A program made the position numbers and the translations under genes. This document shows positions 26,749 to 41,677 of a stretch of 64,000 nucleotides of DNA, in pieces (the first letter of the stretch is position 1; the number at the start of each line of letters is the position of its first letter). The notes under the pieces were generated by a model. It was not told the origin of the DNA and did no database searches. It saw only the letters and a program-made list of their open reading frames with translations. The DNA is from Eledone cirrhosa (Eukaryota), in contig OZ024744.1 in NCBI GenBank assembly GCA_964016885.1, forward strand, positions 98,890,001 through 98,954,000, written 5' to 3'.

Positions 26749-28034
26749 ATATAATATATATATATATATACAATATATATATATATATATATATATACAA
26801 TATATATATATACAATATATATATATATATACAATATATATATTATACATATATATATATATATATATATACAATATATATATATATATATACAATTATA
26901 TATATATACATACAATATATATATATATACATACAATATATATATATATACATACAATATATATATATATATATATACAATATATATATATATATATACA
27001 ATATATTATATATATACATACAATATATATATATACATACTAATATATATATATATATATACATACAATATAATATATATATATACATACAATATATATA
27101 TATATATACATACAATATATATATATATACATACAATATATATACATTATACATACAATATATATATATATATACATACAATATAATATATATACATACA
27201 ATATATATATATATACATACAAAATATAATATACATATATACAATATATATACAATATATATATATACAATATATATATATATATTACAATATATATACA
27301 ATATATATATATATACAATATATATATATATACAATATATATATATATATACAATATATATATATATACAATATATATATATATATACAAATATATATAT
27401 ATATACAATATATATATATACCATATATATATACAATATATATATATACAATATATATATATATACCATATATATATATATACCAATATATATATATACA
27501 ATATATATATATACAATATATATATATATACAATATATATATATATATACAATATATATACAATATATATATATATACAATATATATATATATATACAAT
27601 ATATATATACAATATATATATACAATATATATATACAATATATATATATATACATACAATATATATATATATATACAATATATATATATATACAATATAT
27701 ATATATATACAATATATATATATATACAATATATATATAAATACAATATATATATATATACAATATATATATATATACAATATATATATACAATAATTAT
27801 ATATACAATATATATATATATACAATATATATATATATACAATATATATATATATACAATATATATATACAATATATATATATATACAATATATATATAT
27901 ATACAATATATATATATATATACAATATAATATACACAATATATATATACAATATATATATATACACAATATAAATATATATACAATATATATATACACA
28001 ATATAAATATATATACAATATATATATATACACA

Positions 28035-28065
<31 letters not shown>

Positions 28066-28086
28066 ATATATATATATATATACACA

Positions 28087-28117
<31 letters not shown>

Positions 28118-28725
28118 ATATATATATATATATACAATATATATACACAATATATATATATATATACAATATATATACACAATATATATATATATACAAT
28201 ATATATACACAATATATATATATATATATATATATATACACTATATATATATATATACAATATATATATATACACAATATATATATATATATACAATATA
28301 TATATATATATACAATATATATATATATATATACAATATATATATATATATATACAATATATATATATATATATACAATATATATATATATATATATATA
28401 CAATATATATATATATATACAATATATATATATATATATACAATATATATATATATATATATACAATATATATATATATACAATATATATATATATATAC
28501 AATATATATATACAATATATATATATATATACAATATTATACAATATAATATATATACAATATATTTATATATATACGATATATATATATATATATACAA
28601 TATATATATATATATACAATATATATATATACAATATATATATATAATATATCAATATATATATATATATATATATATACAATATATATATATATATACA
28701 ATATATATATATATATATATATACA

Positions 28726-28756
<31 letters not shown>

Positions 28757-29567
28757 ATATATATATATATACAATATATATATATATATATACAATATAT
28801 ATATATATATATACAATATATATATATATATATTACAATATATATATATATACAATATATATATACATACAATATATATATATATATACAATATATATAT
28901 ATATTATACAATATATATATATATATACAATATATATATATATATACAAATATATATATATATATACAATATATATATATATATACAATATATATATATA
29001 TACAATATATATATATATATACATACAATATATATATATATATACAATATATATATATATATACAATTATATATATATATACAATATATATATATATATA
29101 CAATATATATATATATATATACAATATATTATATATATATACAATATATATATATATATACAATATATATATATATATATACAATATATATATATATACA
29201 ATATATAATATATATATACACAATATATATATATATATACACAATATATATATATATATACACAATATATATATATATATATACAATATATATATATATA
29301 TTACAATATATATATATATATACACAATATATATATATATATACAATATATATATATATATATACAATATATTATATATATATACAATATATATATATAT
29401 ATACAATATATATATATATATATACAATATATATATATATATACAATATATATATATATATATACTATATATATATATACAAATATATATATATATATTA
29501 CAATATATATATATATATATACAATATATATATATATATATATATATACAATATATATATATATATA

Positions 29568-29600
<33 letters not shown>

Positions 29601-29720
29601 CAATATATATATATATACAATATATATATATATATACAATATATATATACAATATATATATATATAGAATATATATATATATATACAATATATATACAAT
29701 ATATATATATATATATATAC

Positions 29721-29751
<31 letters not shown>

Positions 29752-29995
29752 ATATATATATACACAATATATATATATTATATATATACAATATATATAT
29801 ATATATATATACAATATATATATATATATATATATATACAATATATATTATATATATATATACAATATATATATATATATATATATATACAATATATATA
29901 TATTATATAATATACAATATATATATATATATATATAATATACAATATATATATATATATATACACAATATATATATATATATATATATACAATA

Positions 29996-30062
<67 letters not shown>

Positions 30063-30269
30063 ACAATATATATATATATATATATACAATATATATATAT
30101 ATATACAATATATATATATATATACAATATATATATATATATATATATACAATATATATATATATATATACAATATATATATATATATATACAATATATA
30201 TATATATATATATATACAATATATATATATATATATATACAATATATATACATATATATATATACAATA

Positions 30270-30311
<42 letters not shown>

Positions 30312-30602
30312 CAATATATATATATATATATATATACATACTATATATATATATATATACAATATATATATATACAATATATATACAATATATATATATA
30401 CAATATATATATATACAATATATATATATACAATATATATATATACAATATATATATATATATATATACAATATATATATATATATATACAATATATATA
30501 TATATATATATACAATATATATTATATATATATATACAATATATATATATATATATATACAATATATATATATATATATACAATATATATATATATACAT
30601 AT

Positions 30603-30640
<38 letters not shown>

Positions 30641-30785
30641 ATATATATATATATATACAATATATATATATATATACAATATATATATATATACAATATA
30701 TATATATATATATACATACAATATATATATTATACATACAATATATATATATACATACAATATATATATATATATATATACATAC

Positions 30786-30819
<34 letters not shown>

Positions 30820-31258
30820 ATACATACATATATATATATACATACATATATATATATATACATACATATATATATATATACATACATACAATATATATAT
30901 ATATATATACATACAATATATATATATATATATACATACAATATATATATATACATACAATATATATATATATATATATACATACAATATATATATATGT
31001 ATATACATACAATATATATATATATATACATACAATATATATATATATATACATACAATATATATATATACATACAATATATATATATATATATATACAT
31101 ACAATATATATATATATATATACATACAATATATATATATATATATACATACAATATATATATATATATATATACATACAATATATATATATATATATAT
31201 ATATACAATATATATATATATATATATATATACAATATATATATATATATATATATAT

Positions 31259-31298
<40 letters not shown>

Positions 31299-31572
31299 AT
31301 ATATATATATACATACAATATATATATATATACATACAATATATATATATATACATACAATATATATATATATATACATACAATATATATATATATACAT
31401 ATATAATATATATATATATATAGTATACAATATATATATATACATATACAATATATATATATATATATATACAATATATATATATATATATATACAATAT
31501 ATATATATATATATACAATATATATATATATATATATATACAATATATATATATATATATATACAATATATA

Positions 31573-31625
<53 letters not shown>

Positions 31626-31648
31626 CAATATATATATATATATATACA

Positions 31649-31685
<37 letters not shown>

Positions 31686-32788
31686 CAATATATATATATA
31701 TATACAATATATATATATATACATACAATATATATATATATATATACAATATATATATATATACATACAATATATATATATATATACAATATATATATAT
31801 ATATATACAATATATATATATATACATACAATATATATATATATACATACAATATATATATATATATATACAATATATATATATATATACAATATATATA
31901 TATATATATACAATATATATATATATATACAATATATATATATATATATACAATATATATATATATATATACAATATATATATATATACATACAATATAT
32001 ATATATATACATACAATATATATATATATATATATATACAATATATATATATATATATATACAATATATATATATATATATACAATATATATATATATAT
32101 ATATACAATATATATATATATATATACAATATATATATATATATATACATACAATATATATATATATACATACATATATATATATATATACATACAATAT
32201 ATATATATATATATATATACATACAATATATATATATATATACATACAATATATATATATATATACAATATATATACATATATACATACAATATATATAT
32301 ATATATACATACAATATATATATATATACATACAATATATATATATATACATACAATATATATATATATATACATACAATATATATATATATATACATAC
32401 AATATATATACATATATACATACAATATATATACATATATACAATATATATACAATATATATATAATATATATATATATACAATATATATATATATATAC
32501 AATATATATATATATATACAATATATATATATATACAATATATATATATATACAATATATATATATATATACAATATATATATATATATACAATATATAT
32601 ATATATATACAATATATATATATATATACAATATATATATATATATACAATATATATATACAATATATATATACAATATATATATACAATATATATATAC
32701 AATATATATATACAATATATATATATATATATATACAATATATATATACAATATATATATATATATATATATACAATATATATATACA

Positions 32789-32819
<31 letters not shown>

Positions 32820-32976
32820 ATATATATACATATATATATATACAATATATATATACAATATATATATACAATATATATATATATATATACAATATATATA
32901 TACAATATATATATATATATATACATACATACAATATATATATATATATATATACAATATATATATATATATATAC

Positions 32977-33016
<40 letters not shown>

Positions 33017-33309
33017 ATATATATATATATATACAATATATATATATATATATATATACAATATATATATACAATATATATATATATATATATATACAAT
33101 ATATATATACAATATATATATATATATATATATACAATATATATATATATATATATACAATATATATATATATATATATATACAATATATATATATATAT
33201 ATACAATATATATATATATATATATACATATACAATATATATATATATATATATACATATACAATATATATATATATATATATACAATATATATATATAT
33301 CAATATACA

Positions 33310-33340
<31 letters not shown>

Positions 33341-33407
33341 ATATATATATATATACAATATATATACAATATATATATATATATATATACAATATATATA
33401 TATATAT

Positions 33408-33443
<36 letters not shown>

Positions 33444-33824
33444 AATATATATATATATATATATATATACAATATATATATATATATATATTTTTAATAT
33501 TTTATCTTGACTCTGTATTCCGTTTATCTTTCACCGAAAGTGATTTTTCATTGCATCTCTTTTTTCCATGATATCCGGACTACATTGAGTTCTTCATACG
33601 GATTGGACACTACCGTAAACTCTTGGTAGATTTATCTACATATATATATATATATATATATATACAATATATATACACAATATATATATATATATATACA
33701 ATATATATATACAATATATATATATATACAATATATATATATATATACAATATATATATATATTATACAATATATATATATATATACAATATATATACAA
33801 TATATATATACAATATATATATAT

Positions 33825-33862
<38 letters not shown>

Positions 33863-34543
33863 ATATATATATATATATATATATACAATATATATATATA
33901 TACAATATATATATATATACAATATATATATATATATACAATATATATATATATACAATATATATATATATACAATATATATAGATATATATATACAATA
34001 TATATATATATACAATATATATAGATATATATATACAATATATATATATATACAATATATATATATATATATATACAATATATATATATATACAATATAT
34101 ATATATATATACAATATATATATATATATACAATATATATATATATATACAATATATATATATATATACAATATATATTATATTACAATATATATATATA
34201 TATATATATACACAATATATATATATATATATATATATACACAATATATATATATTATATATTGTATTATATATATATATTGTATATATATATATATACA
34301 CAATATATATATATATATATATACAATATATATATATATATATATACAATATATATATATATATATATATACAATATATATATATATATATATATACAAT
34401 ATATATATATATATATATATATACAATATATATATATATATATATATATACAATATATATATATATATATATACAATATATATATATATATATATATATA
34501 CAATATATATATATATACAATATATATATATATATATATATAT

Positions 34544-34581
<38 letters not shown>

Positions 34582-34673
34582 ATATATATATATATATATA
34601 TACAATATATATATATATAAAGGTTTACATATATATATATACTCCATTTATATAAAGGTTTACATATATATAT

Positions 34674-35935
34674 AAACTCCATTTTATGTCCCAAATACAA
34701 AGTATGGGTGCATAAAAGATGTAGTGGGATCACAGGTAAGCTAACTAAGAACACAGATTTTACATGTGGCCAGTGCTCTGGTGCAATAGGTAGCAGCAAG
34801 TGCCCACAAAATACTAGCTCTTTCAACTGCGCAGAGGGTTCTATAGAAATAGTGGACAGCTTCCGTTACCTGGGTGACAAAATCAGCAGTGGGGGAGGGT
34901 GCTCCGAAAGTACAGTAGCTAGAGTCAGAACTGGATGGAAAAAGTTCAGAGAGCTTATACCACTATTAGCCGCTAAAGGGTTCTCCCTAAAAATGAAAGG
35001 CAGGTTGTATGATGCCTGCATACGAACAGCAATGTTGCATGGCAGTGAGACCTGGGCATTGTGTGCAGAGGATATACGCAGACTAGAGAGGAACGAAGCT
35101 TGCATGCTCCGCTGGATGTGTAATAGTAATATACGCGAACGGCAAAGCATAAACGAACTAAGGAAAAAATTAGAAATAAGAGGGATCAGATGTTGTTTAC
35201 TCGAGAGAAGGCTACGTTGGTATGGTCACGTGATGCGCATGAAAGACGACAGCTGTATAGCAAAGTGCAGGGCAATAAAGATAGACGGTAGCCACGGAGT
35301 AGGCAGACCTAGAAAAACCTGGGACGAGCTGATAAATTCCGACCTCACCCACTTACACCTCTCCAAGACAATGTCACTGGACCGAGAGCTTTGGCGGTAC
35401 TCAGTAATAGAGAAGACCAGCCTTACCTAAATACAAAGTAAAACCTACCACAGTCAGTAGGCATCTCTAACAAAATACACCCCCCGTCCCACCACCCCCA
35501 CATCATCCACACCCCCCCTTTCAATGTAAAGTTATGTTGGTGCCACAAAATCCAGGCCGAAACAAATGAGATCGTGTAGGTGTCACGACAAAAAAAACAC
35601 ACAGTCCACGCTGTAATGTGACCGTGTAGGCAACACGGTAAAAACCTCCCAGTCCCTCACTGTAAATGTGGTTGGTGTTAGGAAGGGCATCCAGATGTAG
35701 AAAACCCGCCAGACAGTCCACGCTGTAATGTGGCCGTGTAGGCAACACGGTAAAAACCTCCCAGCCCCACACTGTAAATGTGGTTGGTGTTAGGAAGGGC
35801 ATCCAACTGTAGAAAACCCACCAGACAGTCCTATGCGAGCAAGACAACCACTCTTGCCTCAAGTGGGAAAACTCCCGTCCAAACCCATGCAAGCATGGAA
35901 CACGGACGTTAAACGATGATGATGATGATGATGAT
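34674..35935 (+). mobile_element. PHD-RTE LINE copy 2 with complete 3' UTR ending (GAT)n
   Basis: Nearly identical to 24988-25790. The 3' UTR contains an internal ~115-bp duplication and the tail shared with SINE family A. Confidence 0.9.
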
Positions 35936-35945
35936 ACATACATAC

Positions 35946-36453
35946 ACGTGTTTTGCAACAGGTCACTTTGTGGATCAATGAAAAGTTAATAAATTGGCGT
36001 GATCACTTTGGAAAATTTATTGTCTAGATTTGAGCAAACTCCTGAAGAGTCCGGTGCTCAAGGTTCCGAAGTTATCGGAAATCTTAAAATGTGGATGAAA
36101 CCATGGTCGAGGTAAATAAATGTATTCTCTTTTCTCCTAGTTTAGTTTACACCTAATCCGGTTTAATTGACTGTATATCTAGGCGATGACGCTGTCGAAA
36201 TATTCGATAAATATTCCGTTGCAGCCAGAGCGAAGGGCTGGTTTCGGTTATTTGTTGGAGATTTCTTCATAGAAGCCTTATTCTTATAGCCTGGTCTATT
36301 CGATTTTTTATATGGTTAATTATGCTAATTGGGAGAGGAAATGGTATATATTTTATCTGGTGATTCTATAGGCATGTTTTATGATATATAGCTCTGATTA
36401 TTTAATTTATTAACTTTTCATTGAGCCACAAAGTTACCCGTTGCAAAACACGT
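35946..36453. mobile_element. ~510-bp element with ~50-bp terminal inverted repeats
   Basis: acgtgttttgcaacaggtcactttgtggatcaatgaaaagttaataaatt versus aatttattaacttttcattgagccacaaagttacccgttgcaaaacacgt. Confidence 0.8.
36030..36113 (+). ncRNA. Putative type I hammerhead ribozyme
   Basis: Core CTGAAGA (36042-36048), helix II GTCC/GGAT, GAAAC (36097-36101), palindromic helix III ACCATGGT, GTC cleavage triplet (36106-36108), helix I CTC/GAG. Confidence 0.65.
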
Positions 36454-36489
36454 ATATGTATATATGTATATATATATAAATATGTAAAC

Positions 36490-36496
<7 letters not shown>

Positions 36497-36553
<57 letters not shown>

Positions 36554-36859
36554 ATATATATATATATATAATATATATATATAATATATATATATATATT
36601 ATATATAATATATATATATATATTATATATAATATATATATATATATATTATATATAATATATATATATTATATATATATATAATATATATATATAATAT
36701 ATATATATATATTATATATAATATATATATATATATTATATATATATATAATATATATAATATATATATATATATATATAATATATATAATATATATTAT
36801 ATATATATATAATATATATAATATATATTATATATATAATATATATATATATATAATAT

Positions 36860-36890
<31 letters not shown>

Positions 36891-36898
36891 TATATATA

Positions 36899-36931
<33 letters not shown>

Positions 36932-37170
36932 ATATAATATATATATATATATTATATATATATATATAATATATATATATATATTATATATATATATATA
37001 ATATATATATATATATATAATATATATATTATATATATATATATATATAATATATATATTATATATATATATAATATATAATATATATATTATATATATA
37101 TATATAATATATAATATATATATTATATATATATATATAATATATATATATTATATATATATATATAATA

Positions 37171-37213
<43 letters not shown>

Positions 37214-37666
37214 ATATATAATATATATATATATATTATATATATATATATATATAATATATATATATTATATATATATATATTATATATATATATATTA
37301 TATATATATATTATATATATATATATTATATATATATTATATATATATATAATATATATATATAATATATATATATATATATTATATATATATATAATAT
37401 ATATATATATATTATATATATATATAATATATATATATATTATATATATATATATAATATATATATATATTATATATATATATAATATATATATATATAT
37501 AATATATATATATATATTATATATATATATATAATATATATATATATATAATATATATATATATATTATATATATATATAATATATATATATATATTATA
37601 TATATATATAATATATATTATATATATATATATAATATATATTATATATATTATATATATATATAA

Positions 37667-37706
<40 letters not shown>

Positions 37707-37722
37707 TTATATATATATATAA

Positions 37723-37769
<47 letters not shown>

Positions 37770-38157
37770 ATAATATATATTATATATATATATAATATAT
37801 ATTATATATATATATATTATATATATATATAATATATTATATATATATATAATATATATTATATATATATATATTATATATATATATAATATATTATATA
37901 TATATATAATATATATTATATATATATATAATATATATTATATATATATATATTATATATATATATAATATATTATATATATATATAATATATATTATAT
38001 ATATATATATTATATATATATATAATATATTATATATATATATAATATATATTATATATATATATAATATATATTATATATATATATATTATATATATAT
38101 ATAATATATTATATATATATATATAATATATATATATATAATATATATATATAATAT

Positions 38158-38201
<44 letters not shown>

Positions 38202-38281
38202 ATAATATATATTATATATATATATAATATATATTATATATATATATATTATATATTATATATATATATATTATATATATA

Positions 38282-38347
<66 letters not shown>

Positions 38348-38467
38348 CATATATATATATATATATCATATATATATATATATCATATATATATATATAT
38401 CATATATATATATATATCATATATATATATATATCATATATATATATATATCATATATATATATATA
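36497..38467. repeat. Nearly pure A/T (TA)n-type array; the last ~120 bp are (CATATATATATAT)n-like units
   Basis: Direct reading. Confidence 0.95.
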
Positions 38468-39274
38468 TCATCATCATCATCGTTTAACGTCCATATTCCA
38501 CGCTTGCATGGGTTTGGACGGGGGTTTTCCCACTTGAGGCAAAAGTGGTTGTCTTGCTCGCATAGGACTGTCTGACGGGTTTTCTACAGCTGGATGCCCT
38601 TCTTAACACCAACCACATTTACAGTGTGGAACTGGGAGGTTTTTACCGTGTTGCCTACACGGCCACATTACAGCGTGGACTGTGTGCTTTTTTGTCGTGA
38701 CACCTACACGACCTCATTTGTTTCGGGCTGGATGTTGTGACACCAACATAACTTTACATTGAAGGGGTGGTGTGGGGGTAGTGGGACGGGGTGTATTTTG
38801 TTAGCGGTGCCTACTGACTGTAGTAGGTTTCACTTTGTACTTAGGTAAGGCGGGTCTTCTCTATTACTGTTTAGTGCCAAAGCTCTCGGTCCAGTGACAT
38901 TGCCTTGGAGAGGTGTAAGTGTGTGAGGTCGGAATTTATCAAGTCGTCCCAGGTTTTTCTGGGTCTGCCTACTCCGTGGCTACCGTCTATTTGTATAGCC
39001 CTGCACTTTTTTATACAGCTGTCGTCTTTCATGCGCATCACGTGACCATACCAACATAGTCTTCTCTCGAGTAAACAACATCTGATCCCTCTTATTTCTA
39101 ATTTCTCCCTTAGTACGTTTATGCTTTGCCGTTCACGTATGTTACTATTACACATCCAGCGGAGCATGCAAGCTTCGTTTCTCTCCAGTCTGCGTATATC
39201 CTCTGCACACAATGCCCAGGTCTCACTGCCATGTAACATTGCTGTTCGTATGCAGGCATCATACAGCCTGCCCA
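38468..39274 (-). mobile_element. PHD-RTE LINE copy 3 (3' portion with full UTR), inverted relative to copy 2
   Basis: ORF 38871-39275 matches the C-terminus of copies 1 and 2; the UTR and (GAT)n tail match 35430-35935. Confidence 0.9.
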
Positions 39275-39275
39275 T

Positions 39276-39306
<31 letters not shown>

Positions 39307-39963
39307 ATATACATATTCTATATACATATTCTATATATATATTCTATATATATATTCTAGTGGAGGCACATGGCTTAGTGGTTAGAGCATTGGCCTTGCA
39401 ATCGAAAGGTTGTGATTTCAATTCTCAGACCGGGTGATGTGTTGTTTCCTTGAGCAAGACACTTTATTTCACATTGCTCCAGTTTACTCAGCTGTAGAAA
39501 TGAGATGATAGGGACTGGGGTCCCTATCATTCCACTGTAAAGTGGTTGTGTAGATGCCACGGCAAAAAAGCACCCAGCACTCACTGTAAAGTGGTCGTGT
39601 AAGCGCCACGGGAAAAAAAGCACCCAGCACTCACTGTAAATGAGGTTGGTGTTAGGGAGGGCATCCAGCTGTAGAAATTCAGCCAGAATCAGTTCCCGTC
39701 CCACCCTTGCAAGCAGGGAAAAAGTGGACGTAAAATGATGATGATATATGTTATATATATATTATATATATATATATATTATATATATATATTATATATA
39801 TATTATATATATATTATATATAAATATATATATATTATATAGTAATAATAACAAATTTGAAGACTAAAATCCAAAGAGGCTCGATAAGGATAAATATATA
39901 TAAAATATATAAGTACTGTAGAGCAAATAATCTGTTATTTAATAAATATATATTATATATATA

Positions 39964-39994
<31 letters not shown>

Positions 39995-41372
39995 AAGGAG
40001 AAACTCCAGAGGAACAATCCTCACTATTTAGCCTTAATAAAATGAATATTTAAATTCTACTTCTGTATTGAATACTCTTTTCTCTCAGCTGTCAACCATT
40101 TTGAAGGCCAACACAATGCGTATGAAGAACGTTAAACTGCCAAGATAATAAAAAGAATCTTACCTTAGCAAATTTCACGATCCAAAATATTTTTGGGTTT
40201 AAAAACTCATTATCAAGGGATTAACCCTTTGAGAGACTTAAAATCGATTGGATAGAGTTGCTTATATGGGAGCAGATTTAAGTGAAAATATTATATAATA
40301 AATTATATAATATATACTATATAGAAATAAATATTATATATTTTTTATTTTACTATATTTATATATAATATGGATCATTTGATATTTAAAATTTTTATTA
40401 TATCATCTCTACTGCGCCCTTAGGTTGCAGCGCCCCCTGGATCTTCTCACCCCCACCCACCCCCCACCCTGGGGTGGCAGCACCCACTTTGAGAACCTCT
40501 GGCATAGGGGATGAGGTTTTACATTAAGTGTTAACAGAAGAAATAGGAGGGGAAGTTATTATTGTTGACGACAACAGCGATGGGGAAGATGACAACAGCG
40601 ATGGGGAAGATTACAACAGACAAACTCTTGATCAAAAATGTGAAATTCAATCTGGTTTTAAGTCACAGAAGAAATATCAGATGAAGTTGTTGTTGCAATT
40701 GATAGCAGTTGTAATCGGACACTCAAGTGTTGTACAAGAACGCAATGATAATATCATTTTGTGCATTGACTAGACAACAGAAATTAATGTTCAGAAAATA
40801 TCAACATCTTTGAGCCTCGAATGAACTCATTACCTAGAAGTAGCCTCAAAGTACAGTGAAACCCAGCTCAACCCTACTGCAGCTGAGGGGTTCTCTCTAC
40901 CCTCAGTGTGATTTCTACAGTAAGGTGCCCTTCCTATTGCCAACCACCTTACAGAGTGTACTGGGTGCATTTTCATGGCACCAGCACTAGAGAGGTTGTC
41001 GCTTATTCTGAGGGAAGGGAGAGAAGGAAGATAAATATGTTATGCATGTATGGCAGATGTGATAGGATTTTACAGAGTGATGAGTAGGAGGAAAGAGGTA
41101 ACCTCCGATAGTGTAGGAGGAGTAGACACAGATGTGTCGATAATTTTAGAGAGGATATAGTGCTGGTGTGAATAGCTAACAGGTGACTGTGTGTGTGTGG
41201 GGGGGGGGCATTGATGGGGTGGTGGGTTTACAATGGTGGTGAGCAGAGTTACTAGAGAGTCTAGTGATGAAAATAGCTACTAAGGCATGCTAATGGAGAG
41301 GGGGTCATTTCCAGTACAGCATGCCACCAGTTATCATGGCCCTTTGTCATCTCTGATGTGAGGTTCAGCTTC

Positions 41373-41567
41373 TTAACCCATTACCATTTACATTACTCTA
41401 TATACACTATTGTATTTTCATGGTAAAAGCTTTACTTCACATAATATTGAATCTATGAGATTTTGATATTTATTTTGAGAATACCTTAAAATCAGCATGA
41501 GCAGCTGGTTAAAGCTGGTTTAAACAGAAAGAGGTGAAAGAATATGGTTTAAATGCTACAGGGTTAA
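41373..41567. mobile_element. piggyBac-like MITE, second family (related pieces at ~11061-11230 and 61293-62043)
   Basis: ttaacccattaccatttacattactcta...aaatgctacagggttaa; TTAA-flanked CCC/GGG ends. Confidence 0.6.
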
Positions 41568-41645
41568 AGGCAGTCATCCCAAGCCTTCCTGAAATTCTCT
41601 GCATTTTTTTACATAGTTGCCATCTTCCATATATATGACATGTCC

Positions 41646-41649
<4 letters not shown>

Positions 41650-41677
<28 letters not shown>

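Larger units (their letters stand above)
17985..34620 (+). repeat. (TA)n-derived compound satellite (CAATATATATAATATATA.../CAATATATATA...), interrupted by a SINE, two LINEs, a 150-bp island and an assembly gap
   Basis: Direct reading; C occurs almost only on the + strand. Confidence 0.95.

Noticed and set aside
17879-34826. Very long Ile/Tyr-rich ORFs (up to 1406 aa)
   Set aside because: They are translations of TA satellite that lacks stops on one strand; no protein-like complexity.
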